From contig OZ231126.1 of NCBI GenBank assembly GCA_965153355.1, positions 20,398,001-20,462,000 on the forward strand: DNA of 64,000 bases, given 5' to 3'. Positions 38,699 through 61,890 of the stretch are shown piece by piece. This stretch comes from Flaccisagitta enflata. Taxonomy: Eukaryota. The notes under the pieces were generated by a model that worked only from the letters and a program-made list of their open reading frames with translations, did no database searches and was not told the origin of the DNA. The first letter of the stretch is position 1. Each line of letters starts with the position of its first letter. The translations under genes and the position numbers were made by a program.

Positions 38699-40006
38699 TC
38701 AAAAATCCAGACTGAGCGATGGTTGCGTTATTGCGTTATTGCCGCCCCCGCCGCCTCCGGCCACTCCCGCCGTCGAACTAGTTGAGCCGCCAAAAACGCC
38801 ACCGCTGCCGCCAGAGTTGGTCACTGAAGCCGCTTTAACCCACGCGCCAATCGTTGGCGCCCGACGCTTCTTCTTTTGTCTTTTCAAATACACGTTATCG
38901 GTGGAGCCAACGGCGATAATTCCGGATTTCGACGCCGCCGCCGCCGTTCACGCGATTCCATCGCCACTTCCACCTCCCGCTCCTCCACCGCCGACGTGAT
39001 GACGCCGCCGCGAAGATCCAGCGCTTTTGTCGGAATCGGAAGCGCCGGTCGTGACTCCGCCGCCGCCGCCATTACCGGTGGCGTTTTTCTTCTTCTCCGT
39101 CTCCGATTGTCTTTGTTCGGCGTTTATTTTTAGTCGCGTGTTACGCGACTCTACACCCCGCTATATCGGTCTGTCGGTCGGTTGGTCCCCTTTTTACTTT
39201 TTCGGCGTTTTTGAGCTTTTTGGGCAGCGGCCCCAAAGGGCCGATGTCCTGTAGAACACAGGGGGGAATTTCCATACGTCCGTCCGTCCGTCCGTCCGTC
39301 CCCCCCCCCCGCCGTTGGCCATCAACACCTCAAATTTGCCCTCCAAGCCCTCAATTTAGCCTTTGAGGCCTCAAATCAGCCTTCCAGGCTTCAAACCAGC
39401 CCCCCCCCCCGCCTCAAATTTGACCTCCAGACCTCAGATCTACCCTCCAGACCTTCAATTAGCCCTCCAAGCATCAAATTAGCCCTCCATGGCTCAAATT
39501 TGCCCTCCAAACCTCAAATCTGCTCTTTAAGCCTTAATTCTGCCCTCCAACCTTCAAATATGCCTTCAGTGGCCTAAATCAGTCATCTAAGGCCTGAAAT
39601 ATACCCCCTCAGGACGTATGGAAATTCCCCCCTGTGTTCTACAGGACATCGGCCCTTTGGGGCCGCTGCCCTGCTCTCACTCCACTACTTCACTGAATTA
39701 CCCCCAGCAGGGCATCGGGTACCGCTGACCATGTGCGATCCTTGGATGACTAGTTTGAGCATACGGCTTCTGCCCAGATGCCCTAGTGACCTTCTCCAGC
39801 ACTGCTCCTGCCCACCCGCACGCGACTAGGGTAGCCGTGTATCCGGCCTTGTTTTTGTAATCGTCAAAATGTCTTCTTCGTCTTCTTCCACGTCGTAGCG
39901 CCTTAGACGACCAAAGCCAAAGGAGATTCCTCTGTTGCCTTCGATTGCATCATCAATGCGCATCCAATTGAAGTAGTGAGATGTAAATCTGTCTGCCTGA
40001 TGTTTC

Positions 40007-40052
<46 letters not shown>

Positions 40053-40062
40053 GGTTCCGCAT
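38699..40062 (-). pseudogene. PolyQ/Gly-rich ORF interrupted by a HINE insertion and one in-frame TGA
   Basis: Removing 39132-39851 plus one TTTTT fuses MRNQ(n)...EEDEEDILTITK to INAEQRQSETEKKKNATGNGGGG...GDGIA* (TGA 38950-48). The same frame continues to 38699. Confidence 0.5.
39132..39851 (+). mobile_element. HINE-like element with nested GGGCAGCGGCCCC-family element (39219-39755)
   Basis: AGTCGCGTGTTACGCGACT hairpin start, GTAGCCGTGTATCCGGCCTTG end, inserted in a T5 run. Confidence 0.75.
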
Positions 40063-41004
40063 AAACGTAAAGCTTCATCGATCGGACAAATATCAACTCT
40101 CATCCAAAGAAAAACATCGACATCTGATCATCGCCAATCCGTCGACCACCAATCTCCGCAGCGCGCGTCTCACCGTAGAAGCGGCGCCATCTTTCGCTTT
40201 TATCATTAAGCTGCCCGTCGTCTCACTGGTACATTGGGTGAAGCTTTAACGCTCCCTTTTCATTCTTCTGATACTCCTAGTTTAGAAGTCACGTGGTACA
40301 AAAATTGTGTCGCAATCAAAAGACGACAATGACGAAGTAATCAAAATTACTCGTGATTACAATTTAATACTCCAAGATGTGTCAGAGGCACAGAAGGGCG
40401 TTCATCAATGCGTCACTACAAATTGCGCTTCCGTCCACATGCTCTTTAAAAACTCCTTGCAGTTGCAGATCCTTCATTAGTCCATTTTGTCTCGGAACCA
40501 CTTTGCTGTGTTTAATCTAGTTGTTGTTGTTGTTGCTATTGTTGTTAATGTTGTTGTTGTTGTTGTTGTTGTTGTTTTTGTTGCTGTTGTAGAAGTTGTT
40601 GTTGTTGTCATTGTTGTTGTTGTTTTTTGATTAATGAAAAATATGGTTGCCCCTCTGGGTAAAATCAATTGGTTGCTGTCACCGCGGAGAGTTGATTGGA
40701 CTAAATAGAAATAAGGAAACCGAACTTAGCTTAAAAACCAAAACATAATTTGAAACTCATCATCATCACTGCCTTAACCTTAAGCAGCACTTGTTTCCTC
40801 ATCTTCACTCTCAAATTCTTCAAAATTTGGCTCTGAATCACAATCAAATTCACTTTCACTACAGCTATTGCACTCGCTATCATATTCTTCATCTTCACTG
40901 TCGGAACCAAAAGCATTATCGGTTTTGGCTGAATCGAGTAAGTAAGCACTTCGGGTAAATGGAGATATTTAGATTCGCATTGACTACGTATAAGAGAAGA
41001 ACTA

Positions 41005-41423
41005 CACTCTTTATTTTATATAAGGACCAGTAAATTTTTTCTGAGGCTGGGATGTCCTTAGATTTTAGTAAATTTCAGGCTGAAATGTCCTTAATATTTT
41101 GTTATGATTTTCTTATGATTATTTTCTATGTATTGAAATAATTGATGTTAAGTATCATGAAACACAAGTTAGATATGACAATAATTGCTTTGTAGTTGTT
41201 CTTTATAGAACATTATATCATTTAGCAAAGATGAATGCTATCATTTCTTTTAAAATTAATTATTTTCTTTAAGAAGCTGCGTAAAGACAATCTAGATTTT
41301 GAATCAAAAAAATTTTTTAAACAAATCTGAGGCTGGGCTTTGTCCTTAAAATGTCCTTAATTTTTGACAAAATTTCAGCCTCGATGTCCTTATAAGCTTT
41401 GTCCTTACTCAAAATAAAGAGTG
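41005..41423. mobile_element. TA-flanked MITE, CACTCTTTATTTT termini
   Basis: TA|CACTCTTTATTTT ... AAAATAAAGAGTG|TA. Confidence 0.8.
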
Positions 41424-41467
41424 TAAATATATCTTCAATGTTAGCATTGCGAGAACACCCTCTGGCG

Positions 41468-41810
41468 ACGATAGGGACCGACTCAACGATAGTGGCCGAC
41501 TCGACCAGAGGGGCCGACTCGACCATAGGGGCCGACTCGACCATAGGGGCCGACTCGACCATAGGGGCCGACTCGACCATAGGGGCTGACTCGACCATAG
41601 GGGCAGACTCGACGATAGGGGCCGACTCGACCATAGGGGCCGACTCGACCATAGGGGCCGACTCGACCATAGGGACCGACTCGATCACAGGGGCCGACTC
41701 AACCATAGGGGCCAACTTGGCGATAGGGGCCAACTCCACCATAGGGGCCGACTCAACCATAGAGGCCAACTTGACAATAGGGGCTGAATTGACAATACGG
41801 GCCATCTCGA
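41468..41810. repeat. 18-bp minisatellite (ATAGGGGCCGACTCGACC) x~19
   Basis: Direct reading. Confidence 0.92.
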
Positions 41811-42334
41811 TGTTCATGCACTCAGAGTTAAAGTCCGGGGACATAAAGGTCAACTTCAGCGCAGACAGTTAATATTTCTTTTAATCTATAGTATTTTATA
41901 TACATTATGGTCAATCTTTTTTTCAGCGATGTCACTCATTAGGTTGGGAAGATATTTCACTTTTCCTTCTAGATCTACTTCCTTACTCGGATGAAGATGT
42001 ATGTAAAGGTGATTTTTATGGTGCGATTTTTCTTGTCATCATTGCTGTCTTACTATGCTGTAGGGAGTTACGCACTGGCGTTACTTCTTACCTTATCAAT
42101 TTTTCCATGATACTTAATTGCATTACAAAGCCTCATGCATGTAGTCAGATTTACCTTCATTAATGTGATGAACTGTCTGAGCATCTGTGTACCCGTCCCT
42201 CCATTTATTTTTTTTATTTAGCCAGTTTGTCTCTCTTTCTTATTCGCGTATGGATACATTGGAATGTTAACTCTGACTTTGAGAAAATGTCGGTGGAGAT
42301 GAGTTTTGAAAAGAAGTCATAGAATAAGTGTTAC

Positions 42335-45050
42335 CACCCTGTTAATCCATCTGGTAAAAGATTTACGGCAAAGACACCTCTCACAACCACTTCCTCATGC
42401 TCAGTAACTGCGTGGAGATTTCCGATAAAATACGGGCAAAAAAATTCGCTTACAAACTTTTCTTCCAACACCCCTTTTGTCATAGGTTGTAAGTACAGGC
42501 TACATAATTCAATTTCCACTAGATAAGGTAACTTCTAAAGCCTTTATCTCCTAAACGAATTGAGCAAATGACCTCAATTTGGGCTCATTTTAAAGAGGTT
42601 TGTCTGCTCTTTAAAATGAGCGCAAATTGAGGTCATTTGCTCCATTCATTAGGAGCAACAGTCTTCCAAAGTTGATGTTATTTCCAGAAAAATGGCAAAG
42701 ACCCTTGCTAGTTTGAGAGTTTGTATCTCTGAGACAAATTGAGCAAATGATCTAAACTTGGGCTTCTTTTAAAGAGCTGACAAAGCTTTAGAAAACGAGC
42801 TCAAGTACAACTTAAAGAGCGTGTATCTCTCAAACAAATAGAGCTAAAGACCTCAACTTGGGCATTAAAATGAGTTCAAATTAAGATAATTTGCTCTATT
42901 TGTTTAGGAGCAACCATCTTTTAAAGTTGATGTTATTTTCAGAAATATGCAATGATGCTCAAAATCATGGAAGCTTTTATTTTCAGTCTGTCTGTCTGTC
43001 CATCCCTATGTAAGCCCCCCCCCCTGATGCCTTTCCAGCCCAAATCTGGCTTTCTGGGCCCCTAAGGGGAGGAAGTCCTGTAGAACACAGGGGGACTTTT
43101 GTTTGTCCATTCGTTTGTTTGTCCATTCGTCCCCCCCTCATAGGACCTCAAATCTGGCCTCGGTGACCTAAAATCTGGCTTCTGTGACCTAAAATCTGGC
43201 CTCTCAGGCCTCAAATTCAGCCTATCAGGCCTCAAATCCAGCCTCTCAGGCCTCAAATCCAGCCTCTCAGGCCTCAAATCCTGCCTCCCAGGCCTCAAAT
43301 CCAATCTATCAGGCCTCAAACTTGGCCTCTCAGGCCTCAAATTAGGCTTCTCAGGCCTCAACTTAGGCTTCTCAGGCCTCAAATCCAAATTCTCAGGCCT
43401 CAAACCTGGCCTCTCAGGCCTCAAACTAGGCCTTTAAGGCCTCAAATTAGCCATCTAAGCCTCAATTTATTGCTCTCAGGCTTCAAATCAATCCTCTGAC
43501 CTTTCAAGCCTAAATCTAGCTCTCTTCAGCCTCAAGTCGGCCCTCCGAAGCTTTAGATTGGCATTCTCAGGCTTTTGAAGGCCTTCAGTCAGCCCTCTAT
43601 AGCATCTCATCCACTTCTTCAGGCAGGATGAACGAAAGTTCCCCTGTGTTCTACAAGACTTCATCTCCTTCGGGGCCGCTGCCTTGCTTCCCCTCACTCA
43701 AATTCACAATCACTCAAAGCAGGGCAACGGGTATTGCTGACCAGTCTTTTGGACTAAAACAAGTGACGCGGGATTATAATCTTGTTGCGGACAGGTGGGC
43801 AGCGGCATCCACACCCCCCATCCACACCCCAAACCCTATCCCACACACACAAACATACACAAATTGTATCTAAAACACTTGTTATCCCACTTTTCAACTT
43901 GATGACCCCACACCAACGGACCAACAGACTGACAGACAAAGCCTCAAGATCATAAGGTTGCCTGTCCACAATTAAAAAAAGCCTCCCAAACTTCTTATCA
44001 GGCGTTTAAGACCTCATATTATTCATTTATGACCTCATATCAGGCTTTGTCAGCCTCATCAATGAGTGGCTAGTTGATGCAATTCGCAAATTTGCCCATC
44101 TATCAATTTTCCTTCACGACTAACCAACTAACCAATCAAGTGACAAAGTCTCTTTTTGATGTGCGTTGGCGCACATAAAAATCTTTCAAAATTTTTTTGA
44201 TTGCGTCCATGTGACTAACCAACCTGCTTTGTCCATCCATACATCCATCTGTCTATCTATCCATCCATCGATCGGTCAAGCTATACTTTTTTTGTTTCTT
44301 TTTGGCGTTTATGGGTGGTTATTACAATACTGCTGCCACCCACCAGCACGCAACTTAGCATTTTCTGAAAATAACATAAACATTGAAAGACAGTTGCTCC
44401 TAAATGAATTGAGCATATGTCCTCAATTTGAGCTAATTTTTAAGAGCACTGTCTGTTCTTTAAAATGAGCCCATGTTGAGGTCTTAAGCTCTGTTTGTTT
44501 AAGAGATGCAAGCTCTTTAAGTTGTAAGGGTCTTAGCCATTTTTCTGAAAATAATGAATTGAGCAAATGACCTAAACTTATTTTACGATTTAAAGAGCTC
44601 TGTCTGTTCTTTATAATGAGCCCAAGTTGAGTTCATTTGCTCATTATGTTGAAGAGATGCCTACTCTCAAAGTAGTATGGGTCTTTGCCATTTTTCTGAA
44701 AATTACATCAACTTTGGAAGACTCTTGCTCCTAGATGAATTGAGCAAATGATCTCAACTTGGGCTCATTTTAAAGAGTTTTGTTTGCTCTTTAAAATGAG
44801 CCCAAGTTGAGGTAATTTGCTCAATTCGTTCAGGAGATATAAGCTTAAGAAGTTACCTTATCTTATGGAAATTGCTTCATGTGGCCTGTACTTACAACCC
44901 ATGACAAATGGGGCGTTGGAGGAAAAGTTTGTCAGGGAATTTTTTTGCCCCTATTTTATCGTTAGTCTTCATGCAATAACTGAACACGGGGAAGTGGTTT
45001 TGAAAGGTGTCTTTGCCGCAAATCTTTTACCAGATGGAATTAACAGGGTG
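42335..45050. mobile_element. Foldback element with ~600-bp inverted arms containing ~180-bp subrepeats, HINE copies in the centre
   Basis: CACCCTGTTAATCCATCTGGTAAAAGATTT... (42335) versus ...AAATCTTTTACCAGATGGAATTAACAGGGTG (45050). TSD not resolved. Confidence 0.75.
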
Positions 45051-45217
45051 ATACCTTTTTCTTCCAATTTTTTAAAGAAAAATGTTTGTGAAACATCATA
45101 ATGAGTAATGCTGAAGACTTGTGAATACCACAGTTTTATTCAGCGCCCTCACTTTAGTCAAATTGCAAAAAATCTTTTTCGAGTGAGCTTTTTTACCCCC
45201 GCTGATATCGCCGCCTA

Positions 45218-46280
45218 TGATAGGGGCCGACTTGTTGATAGGGGCCGACTTGACAATAGGGGTCGACTTGTTGATAGGGGCCGACTTGACAATAGGGGCC
45301 GACTTGACGATAGGGGCTGACTCAACGATAGGGGCCGACTCGTCAATAGGAGCCAACTCAACAATAAGGGCCAACTTGACATTAGGGGCCGACTTGACAT
45401 TAGGGGCCAACTTGACAATAGGGGCCGACTTGACAATAGGGGCTGACTTGACAAAAGGGGCCGACATGACAATAGGGGCAGACTTGACAATAGGGGCAGA
45501 CTTGACAATAGGGGCCGACTTGACAATAGGGGCCGACTTGACAATAGGGGCCGACTTGACAATAGGGGCCAACTTGACAATAGGGGCAGACTTGACGATA
45601 GGGGCCAACTTGACTATAGGGGCAGACGTGACGATAGGGGCAGACTTGACGATATGGGCCGACTTGACGAAAGCGGCCGACTCGACAATAGGTGCCGACT
45701 TGACAATAGGCGCCGACTCAACGATAGGGGCCAACTGGACAATAGGGTCGACTCTACAATAGGGGTTGACTCGACAATAGGGGCCAACTTGACAATAATG
45801 GCTGACTCAATGATAGGGACCAACTCGATGATAAGGGCCAACTCGACCATAGGGGCCGACTCGCTTATAAGGGCTGACTCAACCATAAGGGGCCAACTTG
45901 ATGATAGAGGCTGACTCTACAGTAGCGGCCAACTCGTTGATAGGGGCCAACTTGACAATAGGGGCTGACTTGACCATAGGGGTTGACTGAACAATCGGGG
46001 CTGACTTAACAATAGGGGCCGACTTGACAATAGGGGCCGACTTGAATACAGGGGCCGACTTGATGATAGGGGCTGACTTGACGATAGGGGCCGACTTGAC
46101 AATAGGGGCCAACTCGATGATAGGGGTCGACTTTACAATAGGGGTTGACTCGACAATAGGGGTTGACTCGACGATAGGGGCCAACTCAACACTAGGGGCC
46201 GACTTGACAATAGGGCCAACTAGACGATAGGGACGGATTTTGCAATACGGGCCGACTCCACTAAATGGGCTAACTTGAGC
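45218..46280. repeat. 18-bp minisatellite (ATAGGGGCCGACTTGACA), ~59 units
   Basis: Direct reading. Same family and orientation as 41468-41810. Confidence 0.92.
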
Positions 46281-47352
46281 GACACGACAACATGGGGCGC
46301 CTGTACAGAAAGGGGCGAATATACAAAAAGACCAATGGCAGCTTTAATAGGCCAATGGCAGCCTGGATGGGTGGGCCGGAGCGAAGAATCTGAAAAAGTG
46401 ACTTTGGGATGGACGGCAGGACAGACGGACATACACACACAGTTACACACACACACATATACACATACACACATAAAGGCGGAAATGCGACAAGGGAAAC
46501 CAACATACCAACATTTTCATCCACTTTTTTATCATCTTTTTTTTAGCTTATAACTCGGTTGTTTTTCAGAGGATTTGCAGAAAATTGGTGACGGTTAGAA
46601 AGATCTTGAAAAGATCTTTAAAATGGGACCAATCTGGCATTTATAGCTTCATCCGTTTAAAAGATACAAGCAAAACAAGATTGACTGTCTAAAAAATGGG
46701 AAAATTCTATGACCTGTACCCCATGAAGGTCAAACGCAGTTTTACGCAAAATCTGGCCTCAGGAACATTTGAAAACTGGTGAATTCTCTCTATCATACCA
46801 ATATGCTATATAAAACTGCAAAACATATATCAGCACTGTTGATATCAACCCCAAATTGGTGAAAACATATGTGTGTGACGATAATTATGAGACAGATGTT
46901 AGAGACCTGGGGTTGATCTAGAATGAAAGAAAATTCAAAAATCTTTAAAATCAGTTGAACAAAAAAAATTTGAATTCCACTCTTCCACTCCGCTTCAATA
47001 GGGTGCGGGTTTTTTTTTTATTCGCGTAGTATTTACGGCAGCATTAGTCGCAGACGGGTGGGCAGGAGCGGAAAACCTTGAAAAGCAACTGTTTCACGGA
47101 CGGACCGATTGACCAACCAACCAAACGAACGAAAAGTGTCTTATAGAGTCGCGTGTGCGCAACTAAAAAAGAAGAAAGAAAGGGAGAAGCAAAAGAAGAA
47201 GTATAAATGAAAGAAAAAGAATAAGGCGCAGGCGCACATATGTGCACACACACGCGCGCGAGCACACACACACACACACGCACACACACACACACGTGGT
47301 CGAGATAACATAACATTAGGGTTGAGTAGTAATGTTGTCCAACTTTCATATA

Positions 47353-47506
47353 CACTTTATTTTTTATAAGAACCTCACTTTTTTTCTGAAGCCTTCAAAA
47401 GAGATAGAGATAGCTACTAGTAAAATAACTACAACGTTCTTAATTTTTGAACAATTTCAAGGCTTGATGTTCTTATAAACTAGGTTCTTATAAAAAATAA
47501 AAAGTG
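47353..47506. mobile_element. 154-bp TA-flanked MITE (CACTTT..ATAAGAA family)
   Basis: TA|CACTTTATTTTTTATAAGAACCT ... AGGTTCTTATAAAAAATAAAAAGTG|TA. Confidence 0.85.
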
Positions 47507-47534
47507 TACTTGATCGTTGCTTGATAACTACCAC

Positions 47535-47578
<44 letters not shown>

Positions 47579-48321
47579 TGTATACCCGTGTAAGTCAGGA
47601 AATAGTGTATAAATGTCCGTTTCAACTCATTCAATCAGTTGGTTGAAATGGGACCCTCACTTTCACACAGCATCAAGGTAGCGATCGACACAGATTTATC
47701 TCAGCGTCAGTCAATGATGAAGAGCCTAAAATTGCCAGCGTTTGGTAAAATTCTCCCAAGAAAATGATTTTTAGACATTCTAGAATTTAATGACGATTAA
47801 ATCGAGCGAAAACAGGCTCCGAGAAATAAATAGAAAAACAAAATCTGCATTCAAAAAGTCGGACCTAACCGGGAAATGTCGTCTAACCATCGTACAAAGG
47901 ATATTAAAGGCTCATCAACGAAGATGAACGCATCGTCGGCCCGGATCGGCTCAGTAGCAGATGGCAACAATTTCAGAAAAAAATACTTCCCGACGTGTTT
48001 GAAAAGCAATCGATAGTTCACGATAACAAGCACAAAAAGTAAGCTATATACCACCAGATTTCGTTGTGAAGCGTGTTCACATTGAGGGATAACGGGATAA
48101 GGAAAGTTACGTAAAATCTTAACTTGGGCCTAGTTTGCGGCATATATCTCATATAGCCTAATGAGCTCTTGCGTGGTGACTAGGGGTTGTATAACGATAC
48201 TGAGGATATATCTTTTACATTGCCAAGTACAAAACCGTGGATTCTGGAGGACCTCCTTTGGTGACATCATAGTGCATAAAATGTTTCTATTTACTGAAGG
48301 AATTTGGTTCTTATCGCTCAC

Positions 48322-58491
<10,170 letters not shown>

Positions 58492-58567
58492 CTAGAGACT
58501 AGAGACCTCAGACAAAAGACGAGATATCATGATCGTAGCGTTTTAAGTTGAAATTGCTTTAACCAAA

Positions 58568-59160
58568 CACTGTAAAAAAAGGCGAATGTGGTCCTGTAAC
58601 GGACCGTTAAAAAAAACGTGGTCTAAGAGGTCGAGGAGGAAAGTGTTCTAGAATTGTTGAAAAAAAGTGGTCCTTTTAAAAAAAGTTCTATTAACAAATG
58701 GTCCTTTACCCAAAAGTAAAGAACCGCATTATTGGTAAAAAAGGAAACGTGGTCCTTTAATCCCCGCCTAGGTTTTTTTTGACGAAGGGAAAAAAAAAGT
58801 AAAGGACCGCACTCTTTTTACTATATAACGTGTGTCCCAGAAAAAGTCGAAAAAAAACCGATAACGAGTGTTTCAAAAAAAGTTGAAAAAATACCCAGGT
58901 CAGCCCAAAATACCCCCAAAAAAATGGTTCCCCCCCAAAAAAAAGTGGTTCTTTACAAGGACAAAGTGGTCCTTACTTCCCCCCCCCCCTCATGGGCGGG
59001 GGGGGAGGTATGGTTGTTGAGGTTAAATTAAAGGACCACATTACCAGTGTAATGAACCACTTTAGTTGCTTTTTTGTTTCCCCTCGAAGGGAGTCGTTGG
59101 CTTTCTCCGAGCCACCGCAAGATGGAGGTGGGCGCTTGAAATGGTAAAGGACCGCTTTCT
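58568..59160 (+). mobile_element. Possible EnSpm/CACTA-like terminus with GTGGTCCT/AGGACCAC subterminal repeats
   Basis: Begins CACTGTAAAAAAA and contains many GTGGTCC/GGACC(A/G)C motifs in both orientations. No confident matching end was found. Confidence 0.4.
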
Positions 59161-59894
59161 TTTTTTTTAAACATGGCGGACGACGGAGGCCGGAATTTCG
59201 GTCTTCTTAAAGTTTTTTTGGTTTTTTTTACGGTTGTTCCGTAAACGGGAGATTGCGTAACCCTTTCCGGCGTCGTTCTTGTTGAAAATCATCTTCTAAA
59301 AAATTTGTTTTTCAATTCTTTTAGTGAAAGTAATAAAACAAACCACCCAAAAGAAAACAAAAAGAGAGACTCAACTCCAACATTCGAAACAAAACGGTTT
59401 CAACGCTTTATTTTCATCGTCGTCCGTGCGTCAGTCATTTTAATATTGGAATACGTGACAAATTGAATATCAGCGCGTGTACGTCGTGCTGTTTTTTCCG
59501 TGGTGACCCCGTCAACGTCTTCTGCTATGTAGGTAAGGATACTTTCATTTTTTCTGCTTCCCCGCCGCACATGTGTAAAATAAAACATACTTGCGCCTGT
59601 CCCGCGCCGTATAACATGTAAATAAACAAAGGTTTAGGCTTTTCGAACGCCGGTTACGTTTTTTTTGCGAGTTTTTGGGCTTGTGTAATGGACCACATTA
59701 GCGTCGTTAAATTTGGTAGGGGACCACTTTAAAACAAAAACTTCGTTATCCGTTCGTCCGTTGTCAACGACCTTCTCTGGGGAAGGAAATGGCAAAAAAG
59801 AACATATAACAAGTCCGTCACTTACTTTTTTTTCGTTCTCTTGATTTTTAATTTCCTGATTTTGGTCTGTATTTTCTCCTATGTACCTTTACAA

Positions 59895-61845
59895 ATCAGG
59901 GGGGAAAATGTTAAAATAATTTGAACATATTTTACCACCTTTGAACAACTTTTAACACTGCCCAAAAAATATACAGGTACACTGTTAAAACGTGTTAAAA
60001 CCATGTAAAAATAAAGTCAGACATAAGAAAAAAAAACCTGGCATTAAAATGTAAAAATTTTATTAAAATTGTGTTGAAATCTTGATAAAATAATGTTAAA
60101 ACCGTGTAAAACCTTTGTTAAAATGATGTAAAAATTAAGTTAATATTGTGTTAAAACTGTGTTAAAATCATGTAAAAATTTTGTTTATTCTTTTTTAACA
60201 CAGTTTTAACATAGTTTTAACACAAATTTAACACATAACTTAGCCTCAGTTTTAACACTGTTTTACCACAATTTTACCAATGTTTTAACACATTTTAACA
60301 TTATTTTAAGATAGTTTAAACAAGTGGTGATTCATAATTTTAACACAATTTTAACACAAGTTTTTTTCTGAAGCCTTCAAAAGAGATAGAAATATCTACT
60401 ACTAAAATAACTACAATGTTCTTTAATTTTGAACGATTTCAAGGCTTGATGTTCCTCTAATTTGGTTCTTATAAAAAATAAAAAGTGTATACCCAGTTTT
60501 GGTTGTTCTCAATGCGATGGTACCTGGGTCAGATTCTTTATCATCCTCTTCTCGATGCCGTTCATATTTATCCTCCTTTGCCATCAAGGAATTCACAGCA
60601 TTGCCTTTGTTGGGAGATATACCCGCAGCCTCCAGATCTTAGGAGGTGGGATAGGTGTGGCCTGATTTTTGGTGAAAAATTGTGGCCATGAAGTGTTTGG
60701 CAATGGTATTTACTTTCCATCCCCGTGTGAGTCTCTTTGTCCAGATCCCCCTCTTCAGACTCTTGACCCCGTTCCATCACTTCCGTCTTTCTTTCCAGCT
60801 TTACCGTTGGCTTCTCCAACGGTTTCTTCTTGGTGGTCCCCTTTGAGGCCCCAACTTCGACGACGACACTGGATATTTCGTCTTCTACTGCTGCGGCTAC
60901 TGATGCAGCTCCTGCTGCAGTTTCTTCTGCGGCTCCTGCCGTGGCTCCTGCTACGGCTTCATCTCTGGAACTGTCCATCGGGTCGGTCCACACCCTATCA
61001 TCACCAATCGTCCACGCCACTCAAGACGAGCCATCAGAGAAGAGGAAGAAATTGAACGGAACATCATCACCACCAGAACCACCAACCCGCGATTTTCCGA
61101 TTTTCCGATTTTCCTTCAAGGGCGCCTGCTGCATCGATGCCCTTTTATCGCCGTCTCGTTTGCGGTTTCGCCGATGTTCGTTGCTTCTTTCTTCCTCGGT
61201 ACACCCTCTTCCGTTGTCGCGTCTTCTCTTTTTACCCCCCGTCGATTTCTTGGCAACGCATCGAGTTTCGACATTCTCCGAGGTCTCGCATATCTCCACA
61301 TTTTCGCCAGAGCTGGTAAGATCCTCTTTCGATTCATCTTTGACTTTCGCCGCGGGTTGGTGGCTCTGGTGATGCTGTTCCGTTCAATTTCTTCCTCTTC
61401 CCGGATGGCTCGTCTTGAGTGGCGTGGACGTTTGGTGATGATAGGGTGCGGACCGACCCGATGGACAGTTCCAGAGATGAACCCGCAGCAGGAGCCACGG
61501 AAGGAGCCGCAGAAGAAACTGCAGCAGGAGCTGCATCAGTAGAAGACGAAATATCCAGTGTCGTCGTCGAAGTTGGGGCCTCAAAGGGGACCACCAAGAA
61601 GAAACCGTTGGAGAAGCCAATGGAATTCAAACGGAAAAGTGCCCCAGAGCCTCGGCTTAATATCGAATGTGAGGAAAATTCTGGCGTGCGTGTTGAGGCC
61701 GAGTCTTCTTCTATGAATTCCAATGTCTATAAAGGTGTTAAATCCTTTTTAACACAGCTATAAGAAAATAACAGGTACATCGTGTTAAAAGTTGTTAAAA
61801 GGTGGTAACATATGTAAAAATTATTTTAACATTCTCCCCCCTGAT
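59895..61845. mobile_element. TIR element (~65-bp inverted ends, TGTTAAAA subterminal motifs) carrying coding-like cargo
   Basis: ATCAGGGGGGAAAATGTTAAAATAATTT...TTTTAACAC is inverted at 61782-61845. No TSD was resolved. Confidence 0.6.
60804..61623. repeat. Inverted duplication of GC-rich coding-like DNA (arms 60804-61091 / 61351-61623)
   Basis: Arms are reverse complements apart from substitutions and 12-nt and 3-nt indels. Confidence 0.9.
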
Positions 61846-61890
61846 ATAAGTACTGATATTTTTTTCTTTATCAAAAATGGAAGTACTGAT

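Noticed and set aside
35416..38950. Alternative genetic code or selenocysteine to explain in-frame TGA/TAG
   Set aside because: OXR1 ends in TGA and RPRD1 in TAG at the expected positions. The stops co-occur with exonic TE insertions, and no SECIS could be identified by eye.
39132..39851. HINE acting as a self-removing intron (introner)
   Set aside because: No donor/acceptor pair near its ends restores the frame before the in-element TAG.
41468..46280. CRISPR-like appearance of the regular short repeats (also the 21-bp and 22-bp arrays)
   Set aside because: Units are contiguous with no unique spacers, there are no cas genes, and the context is eukaryotic.
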